A stretch of 61,509 bases of DNA from a virus (taxonomy: Duplodnaviria; Caudoviricetes), in IMG/VR virus record IMGVR_UViG_3300050011_000416, positions 1 to 61,509 of that record, one strand, 5' to 3'. This document shows, piece by piece, positions 1 to 8,457 of the stretch. The notes beneath the pieces were generated by a model. It saw nothing but the letters and a program-made list of their open reading frames with translations, was not told where the DNA came from and made no database searches. Each line of letters starts with the position of its first letter. The first letter of the stretch is position 1. A program made the translations under genes and the position numbers.

Positions 1-152
1 GACTACCAGTTTGGAAGTCATTGATAGTGCTAAAATTTATGATGGGGGTTGAAATTAGTCTCAAAGTACACCTCTAAGTAGTTCTTACGTTAAGATTGGC
101 AAAAATGCTTGTAAAAGATGAGTTGTATGGTACAGTAGATATGAGGGCCTAT

Positions 153-833
153 ATGATCATTTGTCTATCTGGTTGGAAAAATTCTGGAAAAGATACCTGT
201 GCTAACTACTTGATTGAAAAGCACAATGCCCTTCGTATATCACTTGCGGATCCCCTAAAAGACCAAGTATCCCTAGAATTTAATATAGATAGGGCATCAC
301 TGGATGATCCAAAACTTAAAGAGTCTCCAATACTTACAATGCCAGTTGATCCTAAGGACCGTTTTAGTAGAATGATTGCGGAGTTTATGTTTAAGGAATT
401 TCGAAACGAGAGAGGTGGTCAAGTTTCCGAATTCGATTATTACAATGACTCATTTGTGGGCAAAACGGATGACGGTTATGGCTGGTGCAAGCTATATTGG
501 ACTCCTCGTGCCTTGGCCATCCTCAAAGGGTCAACCAATAGGTCCGTGAGATCTGATTTTTGGATACAAAAAGCCTTCGATAGCATTGACTGGAAATCTA
601 GACAGTTGAACGTTATTACGGACGTAAGGTATCAATCGGAAATTAAGCAAATTAAGGACAAATACGGAGATAGGGCCTTATTTGTTAGAGTTAATAGGTA
701 CGATAAGTCTCCATCCGAGGACCCATCTGAACGAGATTTGGATAACTATAGTTTCGAGTATTCTGCAGACAATACCGGCACTTTAGAAGAAACTTATGCT
801 CAATTAGAAAAGATCTACAATACGGTACTATAA
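153..833 (+). CDS. Deoxynucleoside monophosphate kinase
   Basis: N-terminal P-loop IICLSGWKNSGKDT, SLADPLK, VITDVRY and HxSE-like DPSE motifs of T4 gp1-type dNMP kinases. Start moved to ATG 153 behind GAGGG. Confidence 0.85.
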   Translation: MIICLSGWKNSGKDTCANYLIEKHNALRISLADPLKDQVSLEFNIDRASLDDPKLKESPILTMPVDPKDRFSRMIAEFMFKEFRNERGGQVSEFDYYNDSFVGKTDDGYGWCKLYWTPRALAILKGSTNRSVRSDFWIQKAFDSIDWKSRQLNVITDVRYQSEIKQIKDKYGDRALFVRVNRYDKSPSEDPSERDLDNYSFEYSADNTGTLEETYAQLEKIYNTVL

Positions 834-902
834 CATATTTGTTAAAAATAAAAAAGCGATACGTTATGTTGATATCCAATTTAGGATTGCGTAATTTAAA
901 AT

Positions 903-937
903 AAAAAAGCCCCCGTAAGGTATCACCCTACGGAGAC
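903..937 (-). terminator. Rho-independent terminator after the major capsid gene
   Basis: Minus strand reads GTCTCCGTAGGG-TGATA-CCTTACGGGGGC-TTTTTT, just downstream of the capsid stop. Confidence 0.8.
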
Positions 938-963
938 CTAATTAATCTAACTATTGAAAACTA

Positions 964-2367
964 TTAAGTAAACAGCTGACCCTGAAGGTTTTCAACAATC
1001 GCATTCTTACGAGGAGCTTCCACAGCAAGCGTAGTCCAACGATAGAAGGCATTATTTATAGAAAGCTGGCTGATACCTAACTGAAGCTTCTTGAATCCAG
1101 AGAGTTCTCCAAGATGCATCGTATCACGTTGAATCAAGAAACCCGTCAAAGCACCAGGAGCCCTGTTACCAAGGTCCGTAAACGTAGCGCCAGATGGGGT
1201 AGCCATGATGTTCCCGATGAAGAGGACGCCAGGAGCAACCGTAGCTGCCACACCGGCAGCCGTACGATAAACCCTGTAGTACAGAGCGCCAGCAGCAGGA
1301 CCAATCGTCAGTGTAACCTTGTTACCGACAAGAGCAGGGGTAACAGTGGTGTAAGCCGACAATGGACCTTCGCCGGAGCTGTTAACGGCAGCAGCAGCGT
1401 ACGTATACGCAGCAGCCTGAAGGAGTGAACCAGCAGCGCCGCCGTCAGCAGCAGAAGCGGTGGGCTGAGAAGGGGCGCCCTGAATCTGCTGATTGATTGG
1501 GTTGATCTGCTTACGAAGATACTGTGACATCTCCAAAGTGATCGCGCCGCTCGAAGTCCACTGAGTGCGAAGGTGTGAACCAGTCGCTTCCTGAGGACTA
1601 CCAGCAAGAACAATACGTTCCTTAGCCTGGCTGATCTTGTTGTACGCTGAAAGGGACGAAGGATCAAGCATAAGCTTGTCGGCGCGACCCATGTTAAGAG
1701 CAGAACGAACCGAAATGTCTTCGATCAGGGACTGCGTAAGAGCAGCGCCACCGGCAGAAAACACAACCGTTGCGCTTGAACCGTACGAAGCAAACATGAG
1801 ATCCTGACCATTACGTTCAAAGTCAGAAGCACGGACCTGAAGGTCCACGCCGCGCATGTTAGCAAGAGCAGGAACGAGACCTGGGTTACCATCGAACACG
1901 CCCTGATTTGAGAAGTCGGAATTACCTGCGAACAGGTCAAACTCGATATCCTGAGCCAAGTTAAGGGCAGCGTCCTGAGCCTGGCGCTCTTCGGCAGTGA
2001 CCTTATCAAACGTTTCAACAGCGTTCGCTACGAGCGAATGTTCGCGTGTATCAACGTAGTAAGCCATCGGCACAACGAGACGAGCAGCTTGGCCAGTCTT
2101 TTTTGCCCCGAGCATACCTTCGTAAGCCGCTGACCCGCCGAAACGGCCAACAGACAATTTACGATTGTATTGGTAAAGGTTGCTCTTAGTATTGCGTACA
2201 TCGAGCATCTTCTGCAATTTGATAGTTTCTTCCGCAGCAGTGACGTTAACCATAACCGGAGCTAGATCTTCGATCTGGTACGCGGCACCTTGGACCAGCG
2301 TTGAGGGCGCGGCGTTATAAGAACCTGCCTCCAAAGCTTTCATAAGTGACTGAAGTTGTTCAAGCAT
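964..2367 (-). CDS. Major capsid protein (HK97 fold, Herelleviridae/SPO1-like with Ig-like insertion)
   Basis: 467 aa. N-terminus KALEAGSYNAAPSTLVQGAAYQIEDL, AQDIEFDLFAG motif, and a beta-rich insertion (YTYAAAAVNSSGEG...VTLTI...YRVYR...FTDLG) as in phage K/SPO1-type capsids. Strong SD, high-expression codon usage and a terminator. Confidence 0.85.
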   Translation of the reverse strand: MLEQLQSLMKALEAGSYNAAPSTLVQGAAYQIEDLAPVMVNVTAAEETIKLQKMLDVRNTKSNLYQYNRKLSVGRFGGSAAYEGMLGAKKTGQAARLVVPMAYYVDTREHSLVANAVETFDKVTAEERQAQDAALNLAQDIEFDLFAGNSDFSNQGVFDGNPGLVPALANMRGVDLQVRASDFERNGQDLMFASYGSSATVVFSAGGAALTQSLIEDISVRSALNMGRADKLMLDPSSLSAYNKISQAKERIVLAGSPQEATGSHLRTQWTSSGAITLEMSQYLRKQINPINQQIQGAPSQPTASAADGGAAGSLLQAAAYTYAAAAVNSSGEGPLSAYTTVTPALVGNKVTLTIGPAAGALYYRVYRTAAGVAATVAPGVLFIGNIMATPSGATFTDLGNRAPGALTGFLIQRDTMHLGELSGFKKLQLGISQLSINNAFYRWTTLAVEAPRKNAIVENLQGQLFT

Positions 2368-2401
2368 TTTATATCTCCTTGTTTCCTAAATTTGCCATTG
2401 C

Positions 2402-3313
2402 TTAGCTAAGCAGGTGGCGAACCGTTTCAATGTTTTTGCTAAAGTAATAGCTGTTAATGGCATCCCTATCCGACTTAGAAAGCGACAGATCTCTTGCTTT
2501 AGCCAGAAGCTTCGCATCGATTTCACTCTTTTGAAGAGGCTTTTCTTTGTTGGCACCTTCGGTTTTAGCGATGATATCAAGAGAAACGATAGCCTTACCA
2601 GCAGGAGCAGTCTTTTCAACGAATTTCTTAAGAAATGCCTCCACTGCTTCTAAGTTCTTTTTGCTAGCTTCAAGTTCTGATTTCAGCAAGGTATTCTCAG
2701 AAGTAACTTCAATAACGAAGTCTTTTTCCGATTTTTCCAAAGCTTGAGTGTCTGATTTAGCTGGGCCTTTGCCTTCACCCTTAGCTTCACCATCTTTAGG
2801 ACCACCGTTTGGACGATAGCCTTCAGCGTCTTTAGCAGCATCACCAGTTTCAGCTTTAGCCATAGAGTCTTCGCATTTAGCTAAACCGTGACTATCCATA
2901 CACTTACGGATTACGTCATGATGGGCTTTAAGCTCTGGTTTGGACATAGAGCTATACATAGAATGCATATGCCCCATATCTTCGTCATCGTAACCATGAT
3001 CTTCAGCATCGCCATGAGCATCATCAGAAGGTTTAGCGTTCTCTTCTTTATCTGCCTCTTCACGACCTTCTTTGGATTCCATAGGTTGCCCTTTGTCCTC
3101 TTTAGAAGTATCCTGTTGATGCTGATCCGTAGCGCCCTTATCCTCAGGCTTTTCGGATTCAATTTTGCCTTCAGGCTTTTCCTTAGATTTATCCTTTTTA
3201 TCGGATTCATCTTCAGGCTTAGCCTTGAAATCGTTTTCTGCTTTAGCCAAATGGACGTTGAATTCTTTTTCTACGTCTGCCATTAGACTCTTAAGCTGTT
3301 CTTCGGTATACAT
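2402..3313 (-). CDS. Putative capsid scaffolding protein
   Basis: Highly charged, low-complexity protein directly upstream of the MCP, with many hydrophobic-x-K-[S/A]-[E/D] motifs. Confidence 0.65.
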   Translation of the reverse strand: MYTEEQLKSLMADVEKEFNVHLAKAENDFKAKPEDESDKKDKSKEKPEGKIESEKPEDKGATDQHQQDTSKEDKGQPMESKEGREEADKEENAKPSDDAHGDAEDHGYDDEDMGHMHSMYSSMSKPELKAHHDVIRKCMDSHGLAKCEDSMAKAETGDAAKDAEGYRPNGGPKDGEAKGEGKGPAKSDTQALEKSEKDFVIEVTSENTLLKSELEASKKNLEAVEAFLKKFVEKTAPAGKAIVSLDIIAKTEGANKEKPLQKSEIDAKLLAKARDLSLSKSDRDAINSYYFSKNIETVRHLLS

Positions 3314-3337
3314 AGTCGTATTCTCCTATGTTTCCTA

Positions 3338-3817
3338 TTAAGTGTTACCCGAATTACGCCAGTCAATATCCCTGAGAATCTGAGCAGGCGTTGCAGCGGC
3401 AAGAGCTACGTTCATAGCAGCTTCAGTTACAGCAGTACCGTTAGCAAGAGGTTCTTCCACAATGATCATTCCGGTGCGAGCAACCTGGAAAACTACCGTG
3501 GTATAGTCCGACGTAGTAGGAAATGGAGCAGGAAGAGTGCTAAGTTCGTATGCGATTTCGCACTGACTTGGAGTAAACGGAAGAGTGGCGTTACCAAAAA
3601 TATCTTTAGCTCCAACATCGATATTCATCAAACGAAGAGCGATAACGGGCTGACCAGCAGCTTCATTACCATTGTGACTCAAAAATATCATCGGCCAGGA
3701 ATTTGCATCTTGACTTTGGCGGACAGTATTGATGGTGGCGCTATTGGCCATACGCATTTTAAAATCATCTGCGAGGTCACGCGCTACACCTACGACATGA
3801 TCGATACTATACAACAT
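3338..3817 (-). CDS. Hypothetical protein, probably head-associated
   Basis: 159 aa with a good SD (GGAG), co-oriented in the scaffold-MCP operon. Confidence 0.55.
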   Translation of the reverse strand: MLYSIDHVVGVARDLADDFKMRMANSATINTVRQSQDANSWPMIFLSHNGNEAAGQPVIALRLMNIDVGAKDIFGNATLPFTPSQCEIAYELSTLPAPFPTTSDYTTVVFQVARTGMIIVEEPLANGTAVTEAAMNVALAAATPAQILRDIDWRNSGNT

Positions 3818-4020
3818 ATTGATTCTCCTAAAATTTTTCGGTTTGTACGTACAAAGCCAAATTCAAATGACAGAAAGTGGCTAACCCTATGGGGTCTAAG
3901 ACTAAGTTTAGGACATATAGGATAAAAATAAATAAAATCAAATAGTTAATGAAAACACAATTATATAGTTGCTTTTATTGATATTTTTAGATATTATATC
4001 AAATAAGACAATCTTATAAT

Positions 4021-4554
4021 ATGAAACAATGCAAAAAATGTAAAAAAAGCAAAGAGTTACATGAATTTTATAAGTCAAAAACCAATAAGTATGGAGTCAT
4101 GAATCTTTGTAAAATATGCGATAACTTTAAAAGGGACACTTGGAGAGACGCCAATCGAAATACGGTTAATGTTACGAATCAAATTTATAAGAAGAATAAT
4201 CCCGATAAAGTAAAAAAATGGGAAAAGAACTATTATAACAACAATATAGAAAAAATTAAAATTAAGGCCAAAATACAGAGAAAAGTTGATTCCGGAAAAG
4301 TGAATGCTAAAACCGCCAAACGTCGTGCCCAGAAGCTTCACGCCACCCCTAAATGGCTAACTGCAGAACATCTATTGGAAATACAAAAATTTTATATTAA
4401 AGCGGCAGAATTAACCAAATCAACCGGAATACCTCATGAGGTAGACCATATTGTCCCCTTACAAGGAGAAAACGTATCCGGTCTCCATACCCCATGGAAT
4501 TTGCAAGTATTGACTAAATCTGAAAATAGGGCCAAATGTAATAATATGACATAG
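4021..4554 (+). CDS. HNH homing endonuclease
   Basis: N-terminal CxxC...CxxC zinc finger. C-terminal [11 protein letters not shown]...[18 protein letters not shown] motif. Confidence 0.85.
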   Translation: MKQCKKCKKSKELHEFYKSKTNKYGVMNLCKICDNFKRDTWRDANRNTVNVTNQIYKKNNPDKVKKWEKNYYNNNIEKIKIKAKIQRKVDSGKVNAKTAKRRAQKLHATPKWLTAEHLLEIQKFYIKAAELTKSTGIPHEVDHIVPLQGENVSGLHTPWNLQVLTKSENRAKCNNMT

Positions 4555-4591
4555 ATTTCCTAGTCCAATCTTACCCTATTAGGGGACATTA

Positions 4592-6322
4592 ATGAGCACT
4601 TTCATTCACGGAATAGCTTCCGCACAAAGCCTAGACAAATCTGGTGAAATAGTAGACATTAAGGGCTTAGATATCACATCTTTAGCTCGCACAGGAACTA
4701 TTACATGGGAACACAACGCAGGAAAAGACGCTAACGGCAACGCTATTTCGATTAACCTTCCTGCCCAAGTTGTTGGCAAAATCCTAAAAGCTAAGAAAAT
4801 TTTTGATAAAAAAGACTGCGCTGATGACAACGAACTTCTTTTTTGGAATAAGGCCAAAGTTCCTTTCGTGTACATAGCCGCCGAACTTTTGGACGATTAT
4901 TGCGATAGCGCCAGAGAATGCGCTGGCAAATTCAAATATAGCAGCGCCAATCCAAGTCAAGAAGCGATTTTAGGATTTTCCGTAGAAGGATCGGAAATAC
5001 CCGGAACCAGAAAGGGCATGCTGATCACCAGATCCATTGGTCGCAAGGTCACTTTAACGGTCGCACCGTGTAATTCTTTATGCACTGCCGAAATTCTAGA
5101 AAATCAAAAACCTCAAATTAAAGATGATTTTGAAGAGCTATTTAAAAATACCGAAGAAGCTATTACTCTCTTCAAATCTGGCGAAGGTACCAAGATCTAC
5201 GAAACCTACTTAGCCAAAAAAGAGCATGAACCTAAACCTCCTGCTTTTGACCATAAAAAAGCTGCCGAACATCATAGAAAATCTGCTGTGAGCGCCGAAG
5301 ATGCTAAAACTGCCGATCACCATATCGAGAAAATGAAGTTTCACAATAATGCCGCCTTGTCTGAAGTTAAGAAAAGTGAAAAAGGTTTGTGTGAGCTTCA
5401 TAAGGCCAGAGTGGATGAAGGTAAGACTGACCAGGAAAAGATGGCTACTAGAGGAAAACGCAATTTTAGACAAAAAGTGAATGAAGGTCCGATGAATCAG
5501 GGTACTCCCATCGGGGCTCCGAAAAAGATCGTAGGAGTGCCTATCCACAATGAAAAGGGTGTCCATAGGATGGCATTAGGCCAACCTTCTGAAACCAGAT
5601 CTCAAGGCATTAGTAGCATGGGAAGAGCCGTTAGACAAGGAAAGCTATCAAATGCAAAGGATGCTGTTGCCGTAGCACGTTCCGGTATCAACAAAATTAA
5701 GACCAATCTTCCCAAATCCGAGCCAGATGGAAATCTCAAAAAAGCCCTCACTGCTGGTGGTATGAATGCCTCTCCTTCTACATTGGTTAATGGATCTGCC
5801 TACCAAACCGAAAGTCTTGGATCAAAGCAAGCAACCACTGGCGCTGAAAACAATGCCTTTCAGGGAACTAAAAAGAAGGATTGGAATAAACGTGCCAGAG
5901 ATGATTACCAAAACTGGCCACATCGTGAAAAGTTTGAGAAGTTTATGCAAGCAAGAATGCCCCACCTTGCTATGGGCGAAATAAAAGCTATTGGTCGTAC
6001 CTTGGCCCTAAAGAAGTCTATTGATTTTGAAAAATCCCTAGATAGTTTGGTTTCTTTCACTAAATCTGAACTTGACGAAAAGTCACTTAAAGATATTCAA
6101 AAAGAAACCGCTGAAACTTGGGCTAAACGTGCAGAAGAAGCTTACAAAAAGGCTATAGAAGAAAAGTCAGTTAAATGGCTTATGGATGCTACAGAATATG
6201 GACATGAAGCTATTGAGCATTCCAGTCTTTCTGAAGACTTATCTACATTTGAAAAGATAAGGGCGAAACTCATACCTCTCCATAAAAAAGCAATTAAGCT
6301 ATTGATTTCTAACGATAAATAA
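4592..6322 (+). CDS. Prohead (capsid maturation) protease with long C-terminal extension
   Basis: N-terminal IHGIAS...DKSGEIVDIKGLDI, WEH and GFSVEG motifs of HK97/herpes-type prohead proteases (His and Ser catalytic positions). Confidence 0.8.
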   Translation: MSTFIHGIASAQSLDKSGEIVDIKGLDITSLARTGTITWEHNAGKDANGNAISINLPAQVVGKILKAKKIFDKKDCADDNELLFWNKAKVPFVYIAAELLDDYCDSARECAGKFKYSSANPSQEAILGFSVEGSEIPGTRKGMLITRSIGRKVTLTVAPCNSLCTAEILENQKPQIKDDFEELFKNTEEAITLFKSGEGTKIYETYLAKKEHEPKPPAFDHKKAAEHHRKSAVSAEDAKTADHHIEKMKFHNNAALSEVKKSEKGLCELHKARVDEGKTDQEKMATRGKRNFRQKVNEGPMNQGTPIGAPKKIVGVPIHNEKGVHRMALGQPSETRSQGISSMGRAVRQGKLSNAKDAVAVARSGINKIKTNLPKSEPDGNLKKALTAGGMNASPSTLVNGSAYQTESLGSKQATTGAENNAFQGTKKKDWNKRARDDYQNWPHREKFEKFMQARMPHLAMGEIKAIGRTLALKKSIDFEKSLDSLVSFTKSELDEKSLKDIQKETAETWAKRAEEAYKKAIEEKSVKWLMDATEYGHEAIEHSSLSEDLSTFEKIRAKLIPLHKKAIKLLISNDK

Positions 6323-6415
6323 GCTTTATTAGTAAGTCGAATAAGGGGTTCACATAGCTGTTCCAATCTTATACTTATCCACTCCCCAACGGATAGATAA
6401 CTAGGAAAGCTAAAT

Positions 6416-6958
6416 ATGAAAATCTGTATTAATTGCCAAAAAGAATATCAACCATCCGATAATAGACAAAAATATTGTTCTTGCTCATGTGCAAGCACTG
6501 TGAACAATAAACTGTATCCCAAAAAGATCAAAAAAGAAAATAAGTGTGCTTGTGGAGAGAAAAGATACAAATATGCAAAAATGTGTAGAAAATGTGCCGA
6601 TTTTTCTAAAATTAATAGGCGTGGAAATGTTCCAGTAGAACAAGCTAAGACTAGTAAGGGACCATCCATCCATGCTTTTACCAGGGCTCACGCTAAATCT
6701 ATGATGAGTTTTTACGATATCCCCAAAACATGTGTGGTATGTGCCTATGATCGATATGTTGAAATTTGCCATATCAGGCCCATCTCTGATTTTCCGGGAG
6801 AAACCGTACTTTCTGTCGTTAATTCTCTTAATAATTTAGTACATCTTTGCCCAAATCATCATAAAGAATTTGATCGAAACCTTATTGAATCAGAAAAAAG
6901 AGAAGTAATACTAAAAGGTTCAGAACATTTAAAACTAGAACTTAAAACTAGAACTTAA
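6416..6958 (+). CDS. HNH endonuclease with zinc fingers
   Basis: CxxC...QKYCS..C N-terminus; CVVC...EICHIRP...NLVHLCPNHH HNH core. Confidence 0.8.
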   Translation: MKICINCQKEYQPSDNRQKYCSCSCASTVNNKLYPKKIKKENKCACGEKRYKYAKMCRKCADFSKINRRGNVPVEQAKTSKGPSIHAFTRAHAKSMMSFYDIPKTCVVCAYDRYVEICHIRPISDFPGETVLSVVNSLNNLVHLCPNHHKEFDRNLIESEKREVILKGSEHLKLELKTRT

Positions 6959-6972
6959 AGCAATCTTAGTGT

Positions 6973-7047
6973 AGCAGAGTAGTGGAAGGATTACCATTTT
7001 GGCCTCATAAGCCAAAGCACCGAGTTTGAGTCTCGGCTCTGCATCCA
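6973..7047 (+). tRNA. tRNA with CAT anticodon (Met, fMet-like or Ile2)
   Basis: Acceptor stem (A)GCAGAG/CTCTGC(A), anticodon arm TTGGC-CTCATAA-GCCAA, T-arm CCGAG-TTTGAGT-CTCGG, encoded 3' CCA. Confidence 0.85.
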
Positions 7048-7055
7048 AAAATAAC

Positions 7056-7084
7056 TTGCATTCCCAATCCCAATCATACATACT
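7056..7084 (+). promoter_or_regulatory. Sigma70-like promoter for ncRNA copy 1
   Basis: TTGCAT-17 bp-CATACT, ending ~10 nt before the structured RNA. Confidence 0.55.
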
Positions 7085-7093
7085 TTTATTTAA

Positions 7094-7261
7094 GATGGCC
7101 GCGTGGAAAGCGGTGGATACCGTGCCGACTTCGTGGGCGGCATACTGGACCCACTGGAGACATGCACTCGACCGCCCGTAGGTCGGCAGACTTGAGGAAT
7201 GTTCCTTGGGTCACGGGCTCTAAAGATTTATTGCCGAAGTGGGAGTAGCGTCCCACCCATC
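7094..7261 (+). ncRNA. Unidentified tRNA-shaped structured RNA, copy 1
   Basis: GC-rich intergenic tract with closing stem GATGG/CCATC, GCGTGGAAAGC...GGAGACATGCA, and terminal hairpin GTGGG-AGTAGCGT-CCCAC. These motifs are shared with 8224-8455 and 53636-53838. Confidence 0.7.
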
Positions 7262-7277
7262 ATTAATTAGGAGACAT

Positions 7278-7481
7278 ATGATCTCAATTATAGAAGCTTG
7301 GGGATTTGAACCGGACGATTGGGCATGTTCGCCACACAAAATATACAGTTTTACTTCTGAATCTAATACCGATTCAGATAAGATACTGAAACGCATGTTT
7401 ACTGATGAATTGGTCAAGTTTGTAATCATCAATGATGGAACAAACAAGCAAACTTATCGTAAGGGATGGGTACTTGATTAA
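7278..7481 (+). CDS. Hypothetical protein
   Basis: ATG behind an AGGAG SD. The ORF-track start at 7239 lies within the ncRNA. Confidence 0.55.
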   Translation: MISIIEAWGFEPDDWACSPHKIYSFTSESNTDSDKILKRMFTDELVKFVIINDGTNKQTYRKGWVLD

Positions 7482-7612
7482 ATGAAGTTAGCATCTATAA
7501 TATTCTGTATCGCGCTATATCTCGTTTTCTTAGGTTGGGCCTACCACGAAAATATCCTCTGTACTCCTACAGAACATACATCGGGATCCCCCTGTCAAGG
7601 TTTGGAGTAACC

Positions 7613-8191
7613 ATGAAATATCTACCTGAACCAGATAGTTTTTATGAGAACGAGAGATATAGTAACCAAGTATCCATCATGATTACTCCATACCGTAGTC
7701 TAAACTGGAAAGATTTGGTTACAAAATACGGTATTCAAGTTCCCGATATCATAGACCGCACATGCGGTAAATCTAAATGCGATGAGTGTAATGCTATATA
7801 TGTCGGACATCAATCTAAATGCGAGGCTATGGTGGAATTTCATCGAAAACCCGAAGCGTATTATGACACTAGAGGCTATCATTATATGTATCGTAATTTT
7901 GTGCAAAAGTGTGGCGGCTACCTTAGATGGGAACTGCAATCACAATTTAACCTCCAAACAGAGTTCTTTTCGTTACTAGAAATAATTAGTAGTTTGCCAC
8001 CAGTCATATACGATCCATTTATTAAATTTAGCGAACACTTTCCTCCAGGGGTTCCAGAATTACTTAGAACCAGAATACTCTCTCAAGAGATGCAGAATGT
8101 GAAGGCAGAACTGAATCTAATAAAGATGGGCATGCAACAAATTGCTCAAAAAATGAATTCTGCTGGGGCCTGTCTTAGTTTTGGTTTTTAG
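7613..8191 (+). CDS. Hypothetical protein (Cys-containing)
   Basis: ATG behind GGAG; long open frame. Confidence 0.55.
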   Translation: MKYLPEPDSFYENERYSNQVSIMITPYRSLNWKDLVTKYGIQVPDIIDRTCGKSKCDECNAIYVGHQSKCEAMVEFHRKPEAYYDTRGYHYMYRNFVQKCGGYLRWELQSQFNLQTEFFSLLEIISSLPPVIYDPFIKFSEHFPPGVPELLRTRILSQEMQNVKAELNLIKMGMQQIAQKMNSAGACLSFGF

Positions 8192-8219
8192 TTGACTTTT
8201 TAACAAAATAGGATATAGT
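8192..8219 (+). promoter_or_regulatory. Sigma70-like promoter for ncRNA copy 2
   Basis: TTGACT-16 bp-TATAGT, immediately before the RNA. Confidence 0.55.
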
Positions 8220-8223
8220 TAGG

Positions 8224-8455
8224 TTTCTCATGAGGCGTGGAAGCAAGTAGGCGCTAGAAACCCTGGTACGCTGGGGACAATCAGGTAAGCTGGCAAAGGT
8301 GACGATGCCGACCTATTTTAGAGACACGCAACGACCCAAAAAGATCATTCGTAATAGATGTAGAGTTTACGTACCTTTAGGGGGCACACTGGAACTACCT
8401 GGTCAGGACTGGCCATACTTGAGCCGGAGTAGAAGTAGCGATCTACCATGAGAAA
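8224..8455 (+). ncRNA. Unidentified tRNA-shaped structured RNA, copy 2
   Basis: 9-bp closing stem TTTCTCATG/CATGAGAAA, GGCGTGGAAGC...AGAGACACGCA, and terminal hairpin GTAGA-AGTAGCGA-TCTAC. Confidence 0.7.
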
Positions 8456-8457
8456 AT

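Noticed and set aside
1114-2018. Alternative-frame and antisense ORFs over the capsid gene, and similar ones over groEL, sbcC, dnaE and recA
   Set aside because: These are shadows of strongly biased coding sequence, with no SD, motifs or independent support.
6930-6956. 13-bp tandem duplication (TAAAACTAGAACT x2) at the HNH gene end
   Set aside because: It is a single local duplication with no matching copy at the other side of the gene, so it is not supportable as a target-site duplication.
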